Notes under the pieces: generated by a model | The model's database searches: none | The model's input: only the letters and a program-made list of their open reading frames with translations | What the model was told of the DNA's origin: nothing | Made by a program: the position numbers and the translations under genes | Shown here: piece by piece, positions 39,559 to 50,270 of the stretch | Numbering within the stretch: position 1 is the stretch's first letter | Layout of the letters: the number at the start of each line of letters is the position of its first letter | Assembly (NCBI GenBank): GCA_965248835.1 | Contig: CBDFLJ010000002.1 | Location: forward strand, 640,001 to 704,000 | From: Alphaproteobacteria bacterium | Lineage (GTDB): Bacteria > Pseudomonadota > Alphaproteobacteria > MPNO01 | Direction: 5' to 3' | Length of the DNA stretch: 64,000 nucleotides

Positions 39559-40260
39559 TCAAAGCCGGCGGCGCAGTTCCAGGCTGTAGGCGACGGTGCG
39601 GCGAATGAACTTCAGCTTCGCGCGCCAATCGACGTTCCAGTGGGACGCGCCGTGGGCGCGGGCGCCGAACCGCACCGGAAACCGCTCGATCGCGAGGCCC
39701 ATGCGCCTGGCCTGATAATAGGCAAAGAGGTCGAGCGCGAAATCATACGGCGGATTCCGCCAACGATGGAAAAACGACCGCGGGAACAGGGTCGGCTGGG
39801 CGTTGATGTCCCACATGGCGGTCTGCATGAGGGCGGACTCGAACACCGCCATGCCCGCGGTGAAGAGCACATCGGCCAGGGGCCGGCCATGGCGCCTGCC
39901 CTTGACGAAAAGCGTCTCGGGATCGCGCGCCCCGAGAAACCGCTCGAACCCCGCGATCGCATCGGCCGGATCGGTCTGCATGTCGGCGTGAGTCCAGCCG
40001 AGCACGTCGCCGCGCGCCGCGCGCAGGCCGGACAGGATGCCGAAGCCGTAGCCCCGGTTGGTCTCGACACGCAGGCTGCGGCACCCCGGATGGCGCGGCA
40101 GCAGTTCCGCGAGCACATCCGGGGTGTCGTCGCGCGACCCATTGTCGACCAGAACGACCTCGGTGTCGGCGCGCCGCGCGACCTCGGCGCAGCGCGGCAG
40201 CAAGAGGGGCAAGTTCCGCGCTTCGTCGAAGCAGGGTATGACCAGCGAAAAGGATGTCAT
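39559..40260 (-). CDS. GT2 glycosyltransferase, polyprenol-phosphate (DPM/GtrB-like) type
   Basis: VIPCFDE, VDNGSRD, NRGYG, THADMQ, PVRFGARAHGASHW. Confidence 0.85.
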   Translation of the reverse strand: MTSFSLVIPCFDEARNLPLLLPRCAEVARRADTEVVLVDNGSRDDTPDVLAELLPRHPGCRSLRVETNRGYGFGILSGLRAARGDVLGWTHADMQTDPADAIAGFERFLGARDPETLFVKGRRHGRPLADVLFTAGMAVFESALMQTAMWDINAQPTLFPRSFFHRWRNPPYDFALDLFAYYQARRMGLAIERFPVRFGARAHGASHWNVDWRAKLKFIRRTVAYSLELRRRL

Positions 40261-42266
40261 GGGGCCGGCTCGCCGACCGTCTGGAACAGAGTGATGTACA
40301 GGCTGTTGGGGCGCGTGAAGGCGAATCGCCCATCGCCCATGCGCGGCACGAACGCGGTGAACGCCTGGCGCGATTGGATAACCACGACGTCCTCGATTTC
40401 CGCGATTCGGGCGACGCCCTCGTAATCCGGTGCCACGCGCACCAGCCACGACGCAAACGGCTCGTCGGTGCTCGCATAGAGGAACCTGCCGCCGCGCTGC
40501 AACGCGTCCTTGATCCGCAGGACCGGCTTGCCCGCGTCCCACGCGACGGGAAGCGCATTTCCGACCACGCCCTCGATCTCCGCCGGGACCGCAATTGCGG
40601 CGGTCGGGTCGGTCACGGCTGCGAAGCGCGTCTGCTGCGCCGTAAACCCGACCAGCGACCAGGCGACCAACGCCAACGGCCCGGCCGCATGGCGCGCCGC
40701 CGGCCGCATCCGCCCGAGTGCTCCGCCGGCACCGCGCCAAAGGCCCGATCCGCACCACGCGATCCCCACGGCGATCACGGCTATGAATACCGGCGCGACG
40801 AACAGGATGTGGCGCGTGGGCGCGATGTTCAGAAGACCGGCGGCGACGAACGCGAGATAGACCCCCGCAGTCGCCACGATCAAGCTCGCGCACGCGTCCC
40901 GATGAAGCCCCCAATCCGAGGGCTTTCGGCACAGCGCCGCCGCGCCAGCGCAAAACGCGGCCCCGCCGACGGCGAACTGGACCGCATTCAGAGCGCCGAC
41001 GCCGTTGACCAGCGCGACGTAGTTCAGGATCGAATAGTAGAGGTAATCCGGGGCCTCAGAGACCGACCGCATGACGCCGCGCAGCCCCTGCCCGGTCTGG
41101 AAGAAAAGCACGGCGACGGCGAGGGTCGAGGCAATACCGGCCCGGTTCGCCGCCAGGACGCCGGCGCTCGCCGACAGGGCCCTCGCCGCCAACGACGGGG
41201 CGATTTCGCCGCGCCGGATGCCAGCGGCCCATTCGAGGACCAGCGCGGCAATGTAGTAGACGACGATGAGGTAGCTGAATAGGACGAGAACGGCGGCAGA
41301 CCAGCTCACCCGTGCCGCGAACGCCGTCCGTCCCCAGGAGGTCGCCGCCGCGTACAGGAAGATGGACGCCGCGGCGAGAGACCAGATCGTATTTCCCAAA
41401 TGAAATGCATAGGAATAAATGCTTATGGAAAACACGAATAATAGTATAGAAATGCTAGAAGCATATATATTTATGCCAGTATTCAATAAAAATAAAAATA
41501 ACAATAAAGAAGAAATATAAAATATCGTTATCGTTAGGAGCGTCGCGTAATCCATGAACTCCCTGTATGACTCCGAGAATCCGTAGATCGCGCTGTAGAG
41601 AAGTCCCGGACCCACGGAGATCGTGCTCGCGAGCGGAACCAGCAGCGCCCGCTCCACCACATCGGGCAACGGCAGAGTGGAGACGCCGATGATGAGACCG
41701 AACCGATACAGTCCGTGGAGCGGCAGCCGTTTCAGCCGCTCGTCGCTCTTAAGCTGGGCGACCAGGAACGCCCGAATCTCCGCCGTGGTCCTGGCGTCGA
41801 TATCGGGCCCGGCGCGCGTCCTGTAATAGCGCTCGAAGATGGGCTGTCGTCTGAGGGTCTCCAACGCCCAGTCCGGCGTCCAGTCGTCGACGATCCTGGC
41901 CGCCACCGGCATATCGTCGGCCTCGCGAGCCTGCCGCGATGGCGCGCCCCACGCGGCCGGAAGATTCGACCACGATGTATAGCTTAACGCGGATTCCTTC
42001 GGATCCTGCAGAATGGCGTAAACCGAATAGGAATCGAGTTCCTGAAAATGCTCAGATCGGAATGATAGCGACGTGGCAAATGACAGCAGGATGGCCGCCA
42101 ACGTCAATCCAACGACCAGTCCGCGATGGGGATCAAGAGGCCCGGCGGCCGCGCGGCCATGGGGTTCCCCGTCCTCGATCGGCTGGTTCACCTTCTGATG
42201 TCCCGGGTGATCAAGCGGCCGCGCCGCCTTCGAGAATGGCGGCCCGCCCTCGCGGGCCGGTGTCAT
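40257..42266 (-). CDS. Large polytopic membrane protein, possible GT-C transferase
   Basis: 669 aa, N-terminal TM followed by QELDS acidic loop, many TMs, PTRH motif; ATGA-coupled on both sides. Confidence 0.6.
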   Translation of the reverse strand: MTPAREGGPPFSKAARPLDHPGHQKVNQPIEDGEPHGRAAAGPLDPHRGLVVGLTLAAILLSFATSLSFRSEHFQELDSYSVYAILQDPKESALSYTSWSNLPAAWGAPSRQAREADDMPVAARIVDDWTPDWALETLRRQPIFERYYRTRAGPDIDARTTAEIRAFLVAQLKSDERLKRLPLHGLYRFGLIIGVSTLPLPDVVERALLVPLASTISVGPGLLYSAIYGFSESYREFMDYATLLTITIFYISSLLLFLFLLNTGINIYASSISILLFVFSISIYSYAFHLGNTIWSLAAASIFLYAAATSWGRTAFAARVSWSAAVLVLFSYLIVVYYIAALVLEWAAGIRRGEIAPSLAARALSASAGVLAANRAGIASTLAVAVLFFQTGQGLRGVMRSVSEAPDYLYYSILNYVALVNGVGALNAVQFAVGGAAFCAGAAALCRKPSDWGLHRDACASLIVATAGVYLAFVAAGLLNIAPTRHILFVAPVFIAVIAVGIAWCGSGLWRGAGGALGRMRPAARHAAGPLALVAWSLVGFTAQQTRFAAVTDPTAAIAVPAEIEGVVGNALPVAWDAGKPVLRIKDALQRGGRFLYASTDEPFASWLVRVAPDYEGVARIAEIEDVVVIQSRQAFTAFVPRMGDGRFAFTRPNSLYITLFQTVGEPAP

Positions 42267-43168
42267 TCGGACGAGTACACCCCTTCGGATCGCGCGTCAC
42301 CGACGAGGTCGGCGACCACAAGGAGTTCGTCGCCATTTAGCGGCGCGGCGGCCGGTTGAGTTGAGAAGAATTCGCAGGCGCGAAGTGGAGTGTCATACGG
42401 GTCGGTGGCGAAACGTGCGGTGAAGGCGTAATCGGGCAGATTCCGCGCGAAGAAGTGGGCGTCCAGCGCCAGCGCGTGATTCTCGCTAATCGACCCGCCC
42501 CATTTCGTACCGAGGCGGCGGGCCTTCTCGCCTGCGCCATTGGGGACGAATATGATTAGTTTCCCCGAAGGCTTGAGCAACCGGCGAAACGTCGCGAACG
42601 ACGGCTTGAGGTCTGGCAAGTGCTCAAGAACATGATGAGAGTAGACGACGTCGAACGATTGCGGCGCAAGCTTGTCAAGCGCCGTGAAGCTGTCGACGAT
42701 GTCGACACCCAATTTCGTACGCCCGTACTCGGCGCGCGCTCCTGATATCTCGAATCCGACAGCGTCGAAACCGGCTTGACGAAATTGGTGGACGGTGTAT
42801 CCCCATGAGCATCCGTAGTCGAGAAGCCGCCCGCCTGGCGCAAGCTCTTTGATCAACGCGATCTTTCTCGAAAAATCAACCATGGTCCCGCGAAACTCGC
42901 TGGCGACGAGTTCGGACAGACGGCTCTCCGACGGGACGTCGGTGACCACGCCGCCCTCGAAATCGGCTTGATAGAATTCGCTGTTTATCCGCACGTCGTC
43001 CTTTGGATAGCGGTACATGAGTGCACAGCGCGCGCAGCGGCGCAACTCGAGCACCAGAGCCTTTCGGCCGATTAGAGACGTTTGTCCGCTTCCGCAAAAG
43101 GGACAGCTGGTATCCTGGCCGGCCAGCCTCCGGCGCATCACGGAGATGAGAAAATTGATACGAGCCAT
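42263..43168 (-). CDS. Class I SAM-dependent methyltransferase with N-terminal Zn-ribbon
   Basis: CPFC/CARC, LLDYGCSWG, HVLEHL, VPN. Confidence 0.88.
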   Translation of the reverse strand: MARINFLISVMRRRLAGQDTSCPFCGSGQTSLIGRKALVLELRRCARCALMYRYPKDDVRINSEFYQADFEGGVVTDVPSESRLSELVASEFRGTMVDFSRKIALIKELAPGGRLLDYGCSWGYTVHQFRQAGFDAVGFEISGARAEYGRTKLGVDIVDSFTALDKLAPQSFDVVYSHHVLEHLPDLKPSFATFRRLLKPSGKLIIFVPNGAGEKARRLGTKWGGSISENHALALDAHFFARNLPDYAFTARFATDPYDTPLRACEFFSTQPAAAPLNGDELLVVADLVGDARSEGVYSSE

Positions 43169-43301
43169 CCTACGAATCCAGGTCCCAGAGGCATAACCGT
43201 GTACGCCCACGCGCCACGCCCTTGCGCGATCCGTCCCTGATACCCCAATTCATGGCAATCGTACCAACCCGACATATCTTGGGGTAGCCATATCTCTCCG
43301 G

Positions 43302-44588
43302 TCAACCAAGGCTGGCGGTAGGAGCGCCGCCTTCGCGCTCCGCCAGCAGCGACGCATAGAGCCGTCCCAGCGACTCGCCGTAGCGGGATTGCCGGTAGCA
43401 CCGGCGGATCAGATCGGCATTGCGCCGGCCGATCTCGGCCAGTCCGGCGCGGTCGCCAAGCGCCCGGCGCAGCGCCGCCGCGAGGGCCTCGGGGTCGGCG
43501 GGCGGCACCAGGGCGCCATGGACGCCGTCCTCGACGATCGACCCGGCGTTCTCGGTGGTGATCACGTAGCAGCCGCAGGCGAGCGCCTCGAACACGACCC
43601 GCGCCGAGCCTTCGCAAAGGGACGGGAATACGAAGACGTCGGCGGTCGTCATCAATGACGCGAGCGCGGCCCTGGGCAGCGTTCCCCGGATGGCCACGCG
43701 CGGGTCGCCGAGAACGTCGCGGAACCGCCGTCCGATATCCGGCGCGATCGGGCCGGCGATATCGAGGCGCCAGTGCGCATCGCCGAGCTTCGGGAGCGCG
43801 GCCAGCAGCGACTCGGCTCCCTTGCGGCGGTCGAGCGCGCCGGCGAACAACACGCGTAGCGGCGCGGCGGCGGCCGCGTCCCCGGCCTCCGGGGACACGG
43901 CGTTCATGAACTGATCGTCGACGCCTCGGTAGATGACATGCACCCGCGCCGCGTCCCATCCCTGGTGGAGGAACGTCGTCTTGACGAAGTCCGAATTGAC
44001 TACTACGTGGTGAGCCTGGGCAACATCCTCGGCGATGGCGCGCCACATCGGCGAGATCGGCCCGGACTGGCCGCGGGCGGGTAATCTGCCACCATTCTCA
44101 ATCAGATACGCGAGCACCGCCGGATGCGCGATGGAATGCTCGCAGAGGATCACCAGGCCACGATCCCTGGCGACGCGCACCGAGGCGTGTCCATAGCCCG
44201 AACGGTAGTGGTAGAGCCGCGCCCCGGTGGCGCGCACCGCGGCGGAGGCCTGCCACCCGTAAAGGCGCCGGGCGGCGTCATATATGTACTCCGCGTGCCG
44301 TGGCGTTCGGCTCACGGCGCGCACCAGATGACCGAGGTGAATGATGGCTTCGCTGAGCCACAGGCCGTGGACGGCGTCCTCGGGGATCGCCGATTCCTCG
44401 CGTCTCAGCAAGCGCCGGACCGAGGCCAGCCGCGTGAGCCCGGTCGCGGCAAGCACCGCGCGAACCGGCGCCGTGGGATAGCCTCCAGTGATGAAATTTG
44501 CCAATTCGCCGCGCCGCGCCATTTCGGCGGCGGCCAGCCGCAGGGGGAATAGTCCATGGCCATTCGAGATGACGTACGATCCGCTCAC
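43302..44588 (-). CDS. GT4 glycosyltransferase
   Basis: FAGALDRRKG, FPSLCEGSARVVFEALACG. Confidence 0.88.
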   Translation of the reverse strand: MSGSYVISNGHGLFPLRLAAAEMARRGELANFITGGYPTAPVRAVLAATGLTRLASVRRLLRREESAIPEDAVHGLWLSEAIIHLGHLVRAVSRTPRHAEYIYDAARRLYGWQASAAVRATGARLYHYRSGYGHASVRVARDRGLVILCEHSIAHPAVLAYLIENGGRLPARGQSGPISPMWRAIAEDVAQAHHVVVNSDFVKTTFLHQGWDAARVHVIYRGVDDQFMNAVSPEAGDAAAAAPLRVLFAGALDRRKGAESLLAALPKLGDAHWRLDIAGPIAPDIGRRFRDVLGDPRVAIRGTLPRAALASLMTTADVFVFPSLCEGSARVVFEALACGCYVITTENAGSIVEDGVHGALVPPADPEALAAALRRALGDRAGLAEIGRRNADLIRRCYRQSRYGESLGRLYASLLAEREGGAPTASLG

Positions 44589-44596
44589 GGCACCGC

Positions 44597-46302
44597 TTAG
44601 CTCAGCCCCTGGGCGGCGCGGCCGAGGCGCCGCTCGAAGGCGCTCCAGGCCACAACCTTCCATGCGGCCCGAAAATGCCGGTGAATGTCCAGGGTGCGCC
44701 ATTGCGCGGGCGACCGCCGCAACGCAGGCGGCAGCCGCTCCTCGAAGCGCTCGATCGCCGTCCGGTCCGCGAGCTCGCGAAAGCCATTGTAGCCCGACAC
44801 GAGCCAAATCCAGCGGAGGTTGTAGGCGAACCCCCCTTTCCGCCGATTGACGAACCATTTCGGCCAATGCGCCAGCAGATCGAGCAGCAGCGCCTTGGGC
44901 CTGCCGCCGTGGAGCAATATGTCGGGGGGAATCGTGCGGACGTAGTGGAGCAGGTCCCAATCCAGAAATGGCGCCCGCAGGATCACCGCCTGCTCGGACG
45001 CGGCGCGATCCGATTTCGCGAACCCGTGCCCGATCATCGAATCGGTGACGATGTGCCGCGCCCAGGTTCCCATCCAGGGTGGCAGAGCGCCGGGCCGGAC
45101 TGAAGGGATATGCCGCGCTCGACATAGGGCGGCTGGCCGCGCGCGTTCGTGTCCGTCCACCGGGCAAATTCGCCGAAACCGCAAAACGCCTCGTCGCCGC
45201 CGTCGCCGACCAGCGCGACGCGGCCGCGTTCCTTGGCCGAGCGAAGCAGCGTGCAGAGTTGAAAGAACGAGATCATGCCGAGCGGCTCGTCCTGAATCTC
45301 GAACGCGAACGCGATCTCTTCGGAAAGGTTCTTGAAATGGGGGTAGACCACCCTCAGCGGCAATCCGAGACGCCAGCCCGCGTAGCGTCCGTAGCGCTCG
45401 TCGTAGGAGAGCGGGATGACGCTGCCCATGGTAAGCGCCGCAATTCGAAGCTCCCCGCCGTTCAGCTCCGTCATCAACAGGTCGCTCAAGACTGTTGAAT
45501 CGATGCCGCCCGACAGGAGAATCGTCGGCAAGTGGTCGTCGCCCGTGCAGCGTCCGATCGCCTGGCAAAGCAGGCTGCGCACCCTGCGCACGACCTCGTC
45601 GCGGGTCTCGCCGTCATGGACCGGACCGCCGGTGGGCCGGCAGTCGGTTTCTCCTACGAGGTCGCCTTCGAAGTCGTAGACCAGGACCTGGCCGGGCCGC
45701 ACGGTCGTCGCGCTGCGTAACACGGTCCGGTGGGGCAGGATGTATTCAAGTTCCCAGAAGTCCTCGGCGGCCTCCTCGTCGATGGCCAACCCGCCGCCCT
45801 GGGCCGCCGCCATCGCCATGATCGACGAGGCGAACAGAACCATGCCTCCCCAGTTCGCCACCAACAGGGGCTTGGTGCCGACCGGGTCGCGCACGAGCAT
45901 GACGCGACGGGCGCGCAGATCGACCAGGGCGAAGGAAAACGCGCCGCGAAACTTCCTGAAGCCCTCGACGCCGTCGGCCTGATAGGCGGAGATGATGACC
46001 TCGGTGTCGCATTCCGTCCGGTAATCGAAGTCGCCGTAGTCCCGGCGGATCTCGCGGTAGTTGTAGATTTCGCCGTTGAACACGACGACCAGGCTATGTC
46101 GCTCGTCCACGAGCGGCTGGTTGGACCTCGGAAGCGGGTCGACCGTCGGCAGCCGCGAGTGCATCAACTCGATGCGGCCGTCGTCAGACGTCCAGACCCC
46201 CTGATGGTCAGGTCCGCGCCGCGCGAGCCATGGCATTCCGGCGGCGAGGGGGCGCGTGTTGGCCGACCGGTGCGTCAGGATTCTTCCGGCCAGCCCACAC
46301 AT
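44597..46302 (-). pseudogene. Asparagine synthetase-like amidotransferase, frameshifted near 45110
   Basis: MCGLAG, RRGPD, FNGEIYNY, LSGGIDS, GDGGDE; RAPFLD and RRKGGF in the shifted frame. Confidence 0.8.
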
Positions 46303-46428
46303 TCCGCTACCCAGATTGCTTCCGGCATCGCTCCTCGGAGATGCCGGGAACCGCTTGAATCGCCGTGAAGTGTAGTCGAATCCGCGCCCTGACGCCAACC
46401 GGCCCATCGTCCGGGCATGCGGCAAGGG

Positions 46429-47790
46429 TCACGATTTCAACAATTCCCGCAGGACGCCGATGGGTGGCCGAACGACCGTCAAACCGAAGGTCGTCAATGG
46501 CTCGTCGAGATGCGCCAGGCAAACACGCAAGACGTACCCAACCATGAATGCCTCGGCCATGAAAACGCTTGCGGCGACGCCGGTGAGCCCGAACATGCGT
46601 CCCAGCAAGTACGCCGCCGCTAACGAAATGACGCTGACCGTGATATAGGCGACGGCCACGCGCATGTGCCGGTTCGTCGCATGGACCAGCATGAAACTCG
46701 CTTGCCACAGCCCGCTTGCCATGAGGACGAAGAGGAAGACTGCGAACAAGCCCCACTGCATGGCCACCGCGCCGCCGGTCCAGACCCGCAGCAGCCATTC
46801 GCCGAACACTACGAAGCCCACGACGACTGCGGCCAGGATCCAGACCGCCACTTGGCAGGCGTGGTTGTGCAGCTTGCGGACCCGTTCGGTATTCTCCGCA
46901 CCAAACGCAGTCGAAATCTCCGGAACCACGATACTGTTGACGACGCTCGCGAGCTGTAATCCGAAACGCGTCAACGTACGCAGCGTCGAGAACACCACGA
47001 CGGCTGTCGGCGAGAACAGGATGCCGACGACGATGACCATGCCCTGAAGGTTCACGGCGGTCGCCAAGGGCAGCACGGTGAACGCCAGGGCGGGTCGGGC
47101 GAGGCGCCTCACGGTCGCGGCATTGGCGTGTCGCCAGCCGAGCGTGATTCCCGGATTGACGCGCCGCAGTACGACGCCCATGGCGATCGTTCCGGCGAAC
47201 CTGCCGGCAAACAGCATGCCTGCCGCGGCGACGGGACCGCCGTCCAGAACCACCGCCGCGAAGAGCAGCGCGAATTCCGCGGCGCGCAGGCTGGCGAGGG
47301 CGAACTGACCCATGCCGTAGCGTCCCTCGCAGTGGAACCCGGCATAAACCAACGAACTCTGCAGGCTCACCAGCACATAGCCGCCGAGCAGCAGCAGGAC
47401 GGCCGCGGCGTCGGCGTCGCTCAGCCCCGAAAGATCGAGCCACGTGGCGATGTGCAGGAAGGGGACCGCCGCGGCGCAGGCCGCGACGACCACGACGGTG
47501 ACCGCAACCACCAGGAGCCAGGCGCTCTGGAAGGCTTCCAGCGCGGCCGACCGGTCGTCGCGGCCGACGGCGATCGCCATGTCGTTTTGGGCGGCGGTTG
47601 CGAATCCCAGATCGCTCATGGCGAGATAGGCGGGGATCGCCGTCAGGATCAGCCAGGCGCCATAGAGTTCGACACCCCAGGCCCCGATCAGCAGGGGTAC
47701 GGTGACGACCTGGACCACAACGGTAACCAGCCGGGCATAGGTCTGGGCGCCCAATCCCGATCTCACCCGTTTGCGTAGTCCACGATCCAT
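46429..47790 (-). CDS. wzx: Wzx-type polysaccharide flippase
   Basis: Many TM segments, WGVELYGAWL, SDLGF. Confidence 0.8.
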   Translation of the reverse strand: MDRGLRKRVRSGLGAQTYARLVTVVVQVVTVPLLIGAWGVELYGAWLILTAIPAYLAMSDLGFATAAQNDMAIAVGRDDRSAALEAFQSAWLLVVAVTVVVVAACAAAVPFLHIATWLDLSGLSDADAAAVLLLLGGYVLVSLQSSLVYAGFHCEGRYGMGQFALASLRAAEFALLFAAVVLDGGPVAAAGMLFAGRFAGTIAMGVVLRRVNPGITLGWRHANAATVRRLARPALAFTVLPLATAVNLQGMVIVVGILFSPTAVVVFSTLRTLTRFGLQLASVVNSIVVPEISTAFGAENTERVRKLHNHACQVAVWILAAVVVGFVVFGEWLLRVWTGGAVAMQWGLFAVFLFVLMASGLWQASFMLVHATNRHMRVAVAYITVSVISLAAAYLLGRMFGLTGVAASVFMAEAFMVGYVLRVCLAHLDEPLTTFGLTVVRPPIGVLRELLKS

Positions 47791-47905
47791 GGGGCGCACC
47801 TAGTCGATGATGCGGCGGTCGACCGCCGCGTCGACGCGTATCGGAGGGCACCGCGGCAAGGCCGAGCGCCTCACTCGCGCGGCCCGGCGCAAACGCGAGC
47901 GGCTC

Positions 47906-48664
47906 TCAGGCGAAGTGGTCCTCCCGGATGTAAATGGCGTCGAAGCCCATAATCCGTCCAGCCGCGCTGAGGCCCGGTGGAAAGGAACCCGCAAATCGAT
48001 AATTCTTGCCTGACAAGAACGCGTTCACGTCGTGAAACGTCGGATGGCCTTCGAACAATTCCATCAAATGTATTTCGACGATCAGCGCAATGACATTTTC
48101 GAGTGTATGGAGTCCCCCTTTGAAGACGTCGATCTCGAAACCCTCGACATCGACTTTCAAGACGATTCCCTTGCCGTTGCGGCCGACGAATCTGTCTGCG
48201 TAGTCGTCGAGCGTGTGAACATCGACCTGTATGGTCCGGGTTTCCCGGGTGTAGGGAAACTCGCCCTTCATCAACGCGGTCGTCTTCAGGAACGACGACG
48301 ACATGGTGTGCTCGGTGTGGAGGAAGAATTCGTGCCGTCCCGGCTCGCGCCCCAACGCAACATTGAATATCTCCACCCGATTGGGAACGCTTTCGGCCCA
48401 TTCCCGAAGCTGGTCGAAGACGTCGGGCACGGGCTCGAAACAGTATATCCGCGCTTCGGGAAACGCCTTGATCGCGCGTCTGGCGAACTGCCCCTGGTTG
48501 GCGCCGACGTCGACGACGGCATCGACTGGAAGAGACGTGAGACCGAAGAACCTCTGCTCGGCCCGTATGTCGCGAATATCATAGCCAAATCGTTGAAAAA
48601 TCGCCTTAACAATTTGTCTTATTCCGATCATCTCTCCATTTCCGATGCGGTCATTACCGTTCAT
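47906..48664 (-). CDS. FkbM-family methyltransferase
   Basis: VDVGANQGQF, FEP, LKVDVEGFE. Confidence 0.9.
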   Translation of the reverse strand: MNGNDRIGNGEMIGIRQIVKAIFQRFGYDIRDIRAEQRFFGLTSLPVDAVVDVGANQGQFARRAIKAFPEARIYCFEPVPDVFDQLREWAESVPNRVEIFNVALGREPGRHEFFLHTEHTMSSSFLKTTALMKGEFPYTRETRTIQVDVHTLDDYADRFVGRNGKGIVLKVDVEGFEIDVFKGGLHTLENVIALIVEIHLMELFEGHPTFHDVNAFLSGKNYRFAGSFPPGLSAAGRIMGFDAIYIREDHFA

Positions 48665-48944
48665 TTGTTGCCGTTATTCGACGCGTCTGTTTTGGTGTCG
48701 GTCTCTTGCAACATTGTTTCGGCTCGCGCGTCGCGACCGACGACACCGCCATGTTGCCCGCAATCGACGCCCCGCGCAACGCAGACCGAGGACTGGCCGT
48801 CGCATGGCGATGGCGTTCGGCGTAGCCATCGCAACGACGACCATGGCATAATTGCCGTGGCAGATGTATTCCGGCGATGACCCGATGGGTGAGTGCTCCA
48901 GGCTTCCATCCTAGGTCTTCGGAGTCGCTGAAAACGGCGGAGCG

Positions 48945-50270
48945 ATGGGCATTATTCGCGGCGACTCGACGACCACCCCGCCACTGCGTCCGGGAATGCC
49001 GGTCCGTGGCGCGCACGGGCGTGCCTCGAGGGGCGGGGTGCTTCTCGACATTTTTGTCTTTGTCGTGCCGTGTACGATGTTCGTCGAAGTGACGGTCGTC
49101 GGCAGGATATTTGCGCCCGAATTCATGCTGCTCGCCGCGCTGCCCATCCTGCTGGTCGGCAGGGGGCGGGCACTCTCGGCGCCGCTTCCGCGGACGCTGA
49201 TATATCTAGGACTGCTCTGGCTGGCGGGCCAGGTTGTGACGGATCTGATTCGCGAGACCCCGTTCGGGGACTACGCGCGGGGTTGGGCAAAGATCGCGTT
49301 TACCATGCTCGATTTCGTCGCCCTGTATCTGCTTTTGCATGGCAACCGAAGGCGCATCGTGCTGTTCGCCAGCGGCTGGGTCGTGGGCGGCATTCTCGGC
49401 TATTTCGTTAACCCGGGGGTGTTTGCGGAAGGACATCCGTGGAAATTCGGCTACGGCGTCCCGGTGACCTTGATGCTCGTGCTCGTCGCACAGTACGTCT
49501 TCGAGCGCAACGACCCGAGAATGGTTTCCGCCGTTCTGTTGTTTGCCGCCGGTTTGAACCTTGTGATGGAATTCCGTAGTTTCGCGGGAATTTGCTTTCT
49601 CACCGGCGTATACCTCTTACTGCGGACGCGGCGGTCGCGAGGTCGGCCGCGGATATCGTTCGCTCGGATGGCCGCCGTCGGTCTCGGTATGCTGGCGGCG
49701 ACGACCGGGTTCATTGAGCTGTACGGCTACGCGGCGCAAACCGGCGCCTTGGGAGCCGAGGCACAGGCGAAATACGAGATCCAGGCGTCCCGAAAGCTGG
49801 GCCTCCTTTTGGGCGGGCGGTCGGAGGTGGTTGTTGCCCTGCATGCGATCGCGGATTCACCCCTGATCGGGCACGGATCCTGGGCAAGGAACCGGGAATA
49901 CGCCTCACTCTTGCTCGAACTCCAGGGATATGGCCCTACAGCGAGGCAAATAGTTCTGGGGTCCGACGTCATCCCGTCCCACTCGTACATCTTCGGCGCT
50001 TGGGTGCAGGCCGGTCTCGTGGGCGCCGTGTTTTGGGGTTGGGTGGTATTGCTGATCGCCCTGGTGTTGACCGGTCAGTACCAGACCCGAGAACCCTTGA
50101 CCCCTCTGATCGTGTTCGTCTGCTTCGTGCTTCTGTGGGATGTCCTGTTCTCGCCGTTCGGCGCGTTGGGGCGACTGCAAGCGGCTTTTTACACGGTCGT
50201 TGTCATGTTTGCGGTAGAATCGGCGCGCGCGGCGGATCGCCGGAGCGTTCCAGCGGCGGAGGCCTCGTGA
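48945..50270 (+). CDS. Wzy/O-antigen-ligase-like polymerase
   Basis: Polytopic; SPLIGHGSW, PSHSYIFGAWVQAG. Confidence 0.7.
   Translation: MGIIRGDSTTTPPLRPGMPVRGAHGRASRGGVLLDIFVFVVPCTMFVEVTVVGRIFAPEFMLLAALPILLVGRGRALSAPLPRTLIYLGLLWLAGQVVTDLIRETPFGDYARGWAKIAFTMLDFVALYLLLHGNRRRIVLFASGWVVGGILGYFVNPGVFAEGHPWKFGYGVPVTLMLVLVAQYVFERNDPRMVSAVLLFAAGLNLVMEFRSFAGICFLTGVYLLLRTRRSRGRPRISFARMAAVGLGMLAATTGFIELYGYAAQTGALGAEAQAKYEIQASRKLGLLLGGRSEVVVALHAIADSPLIGHGSWARNREYASLLLELQGYGPTARQIVLGSDVIPSHSYIFGAWVQAGLVGAVFWGWVVLLIALVLTGQYQTREPLTPLIVFVCFVLLWDVLFSPFGALGRLQAAFYTVVVMFAVESARAADRRSVPAAEAS

Noticed and set aside
42605-42628. CTTGAG...CTCAAG as a fourth hairpin insertion
   Set aside because: The interior is not self-complementary and it encodes the normal LEHLPDLK methyltransferase motif
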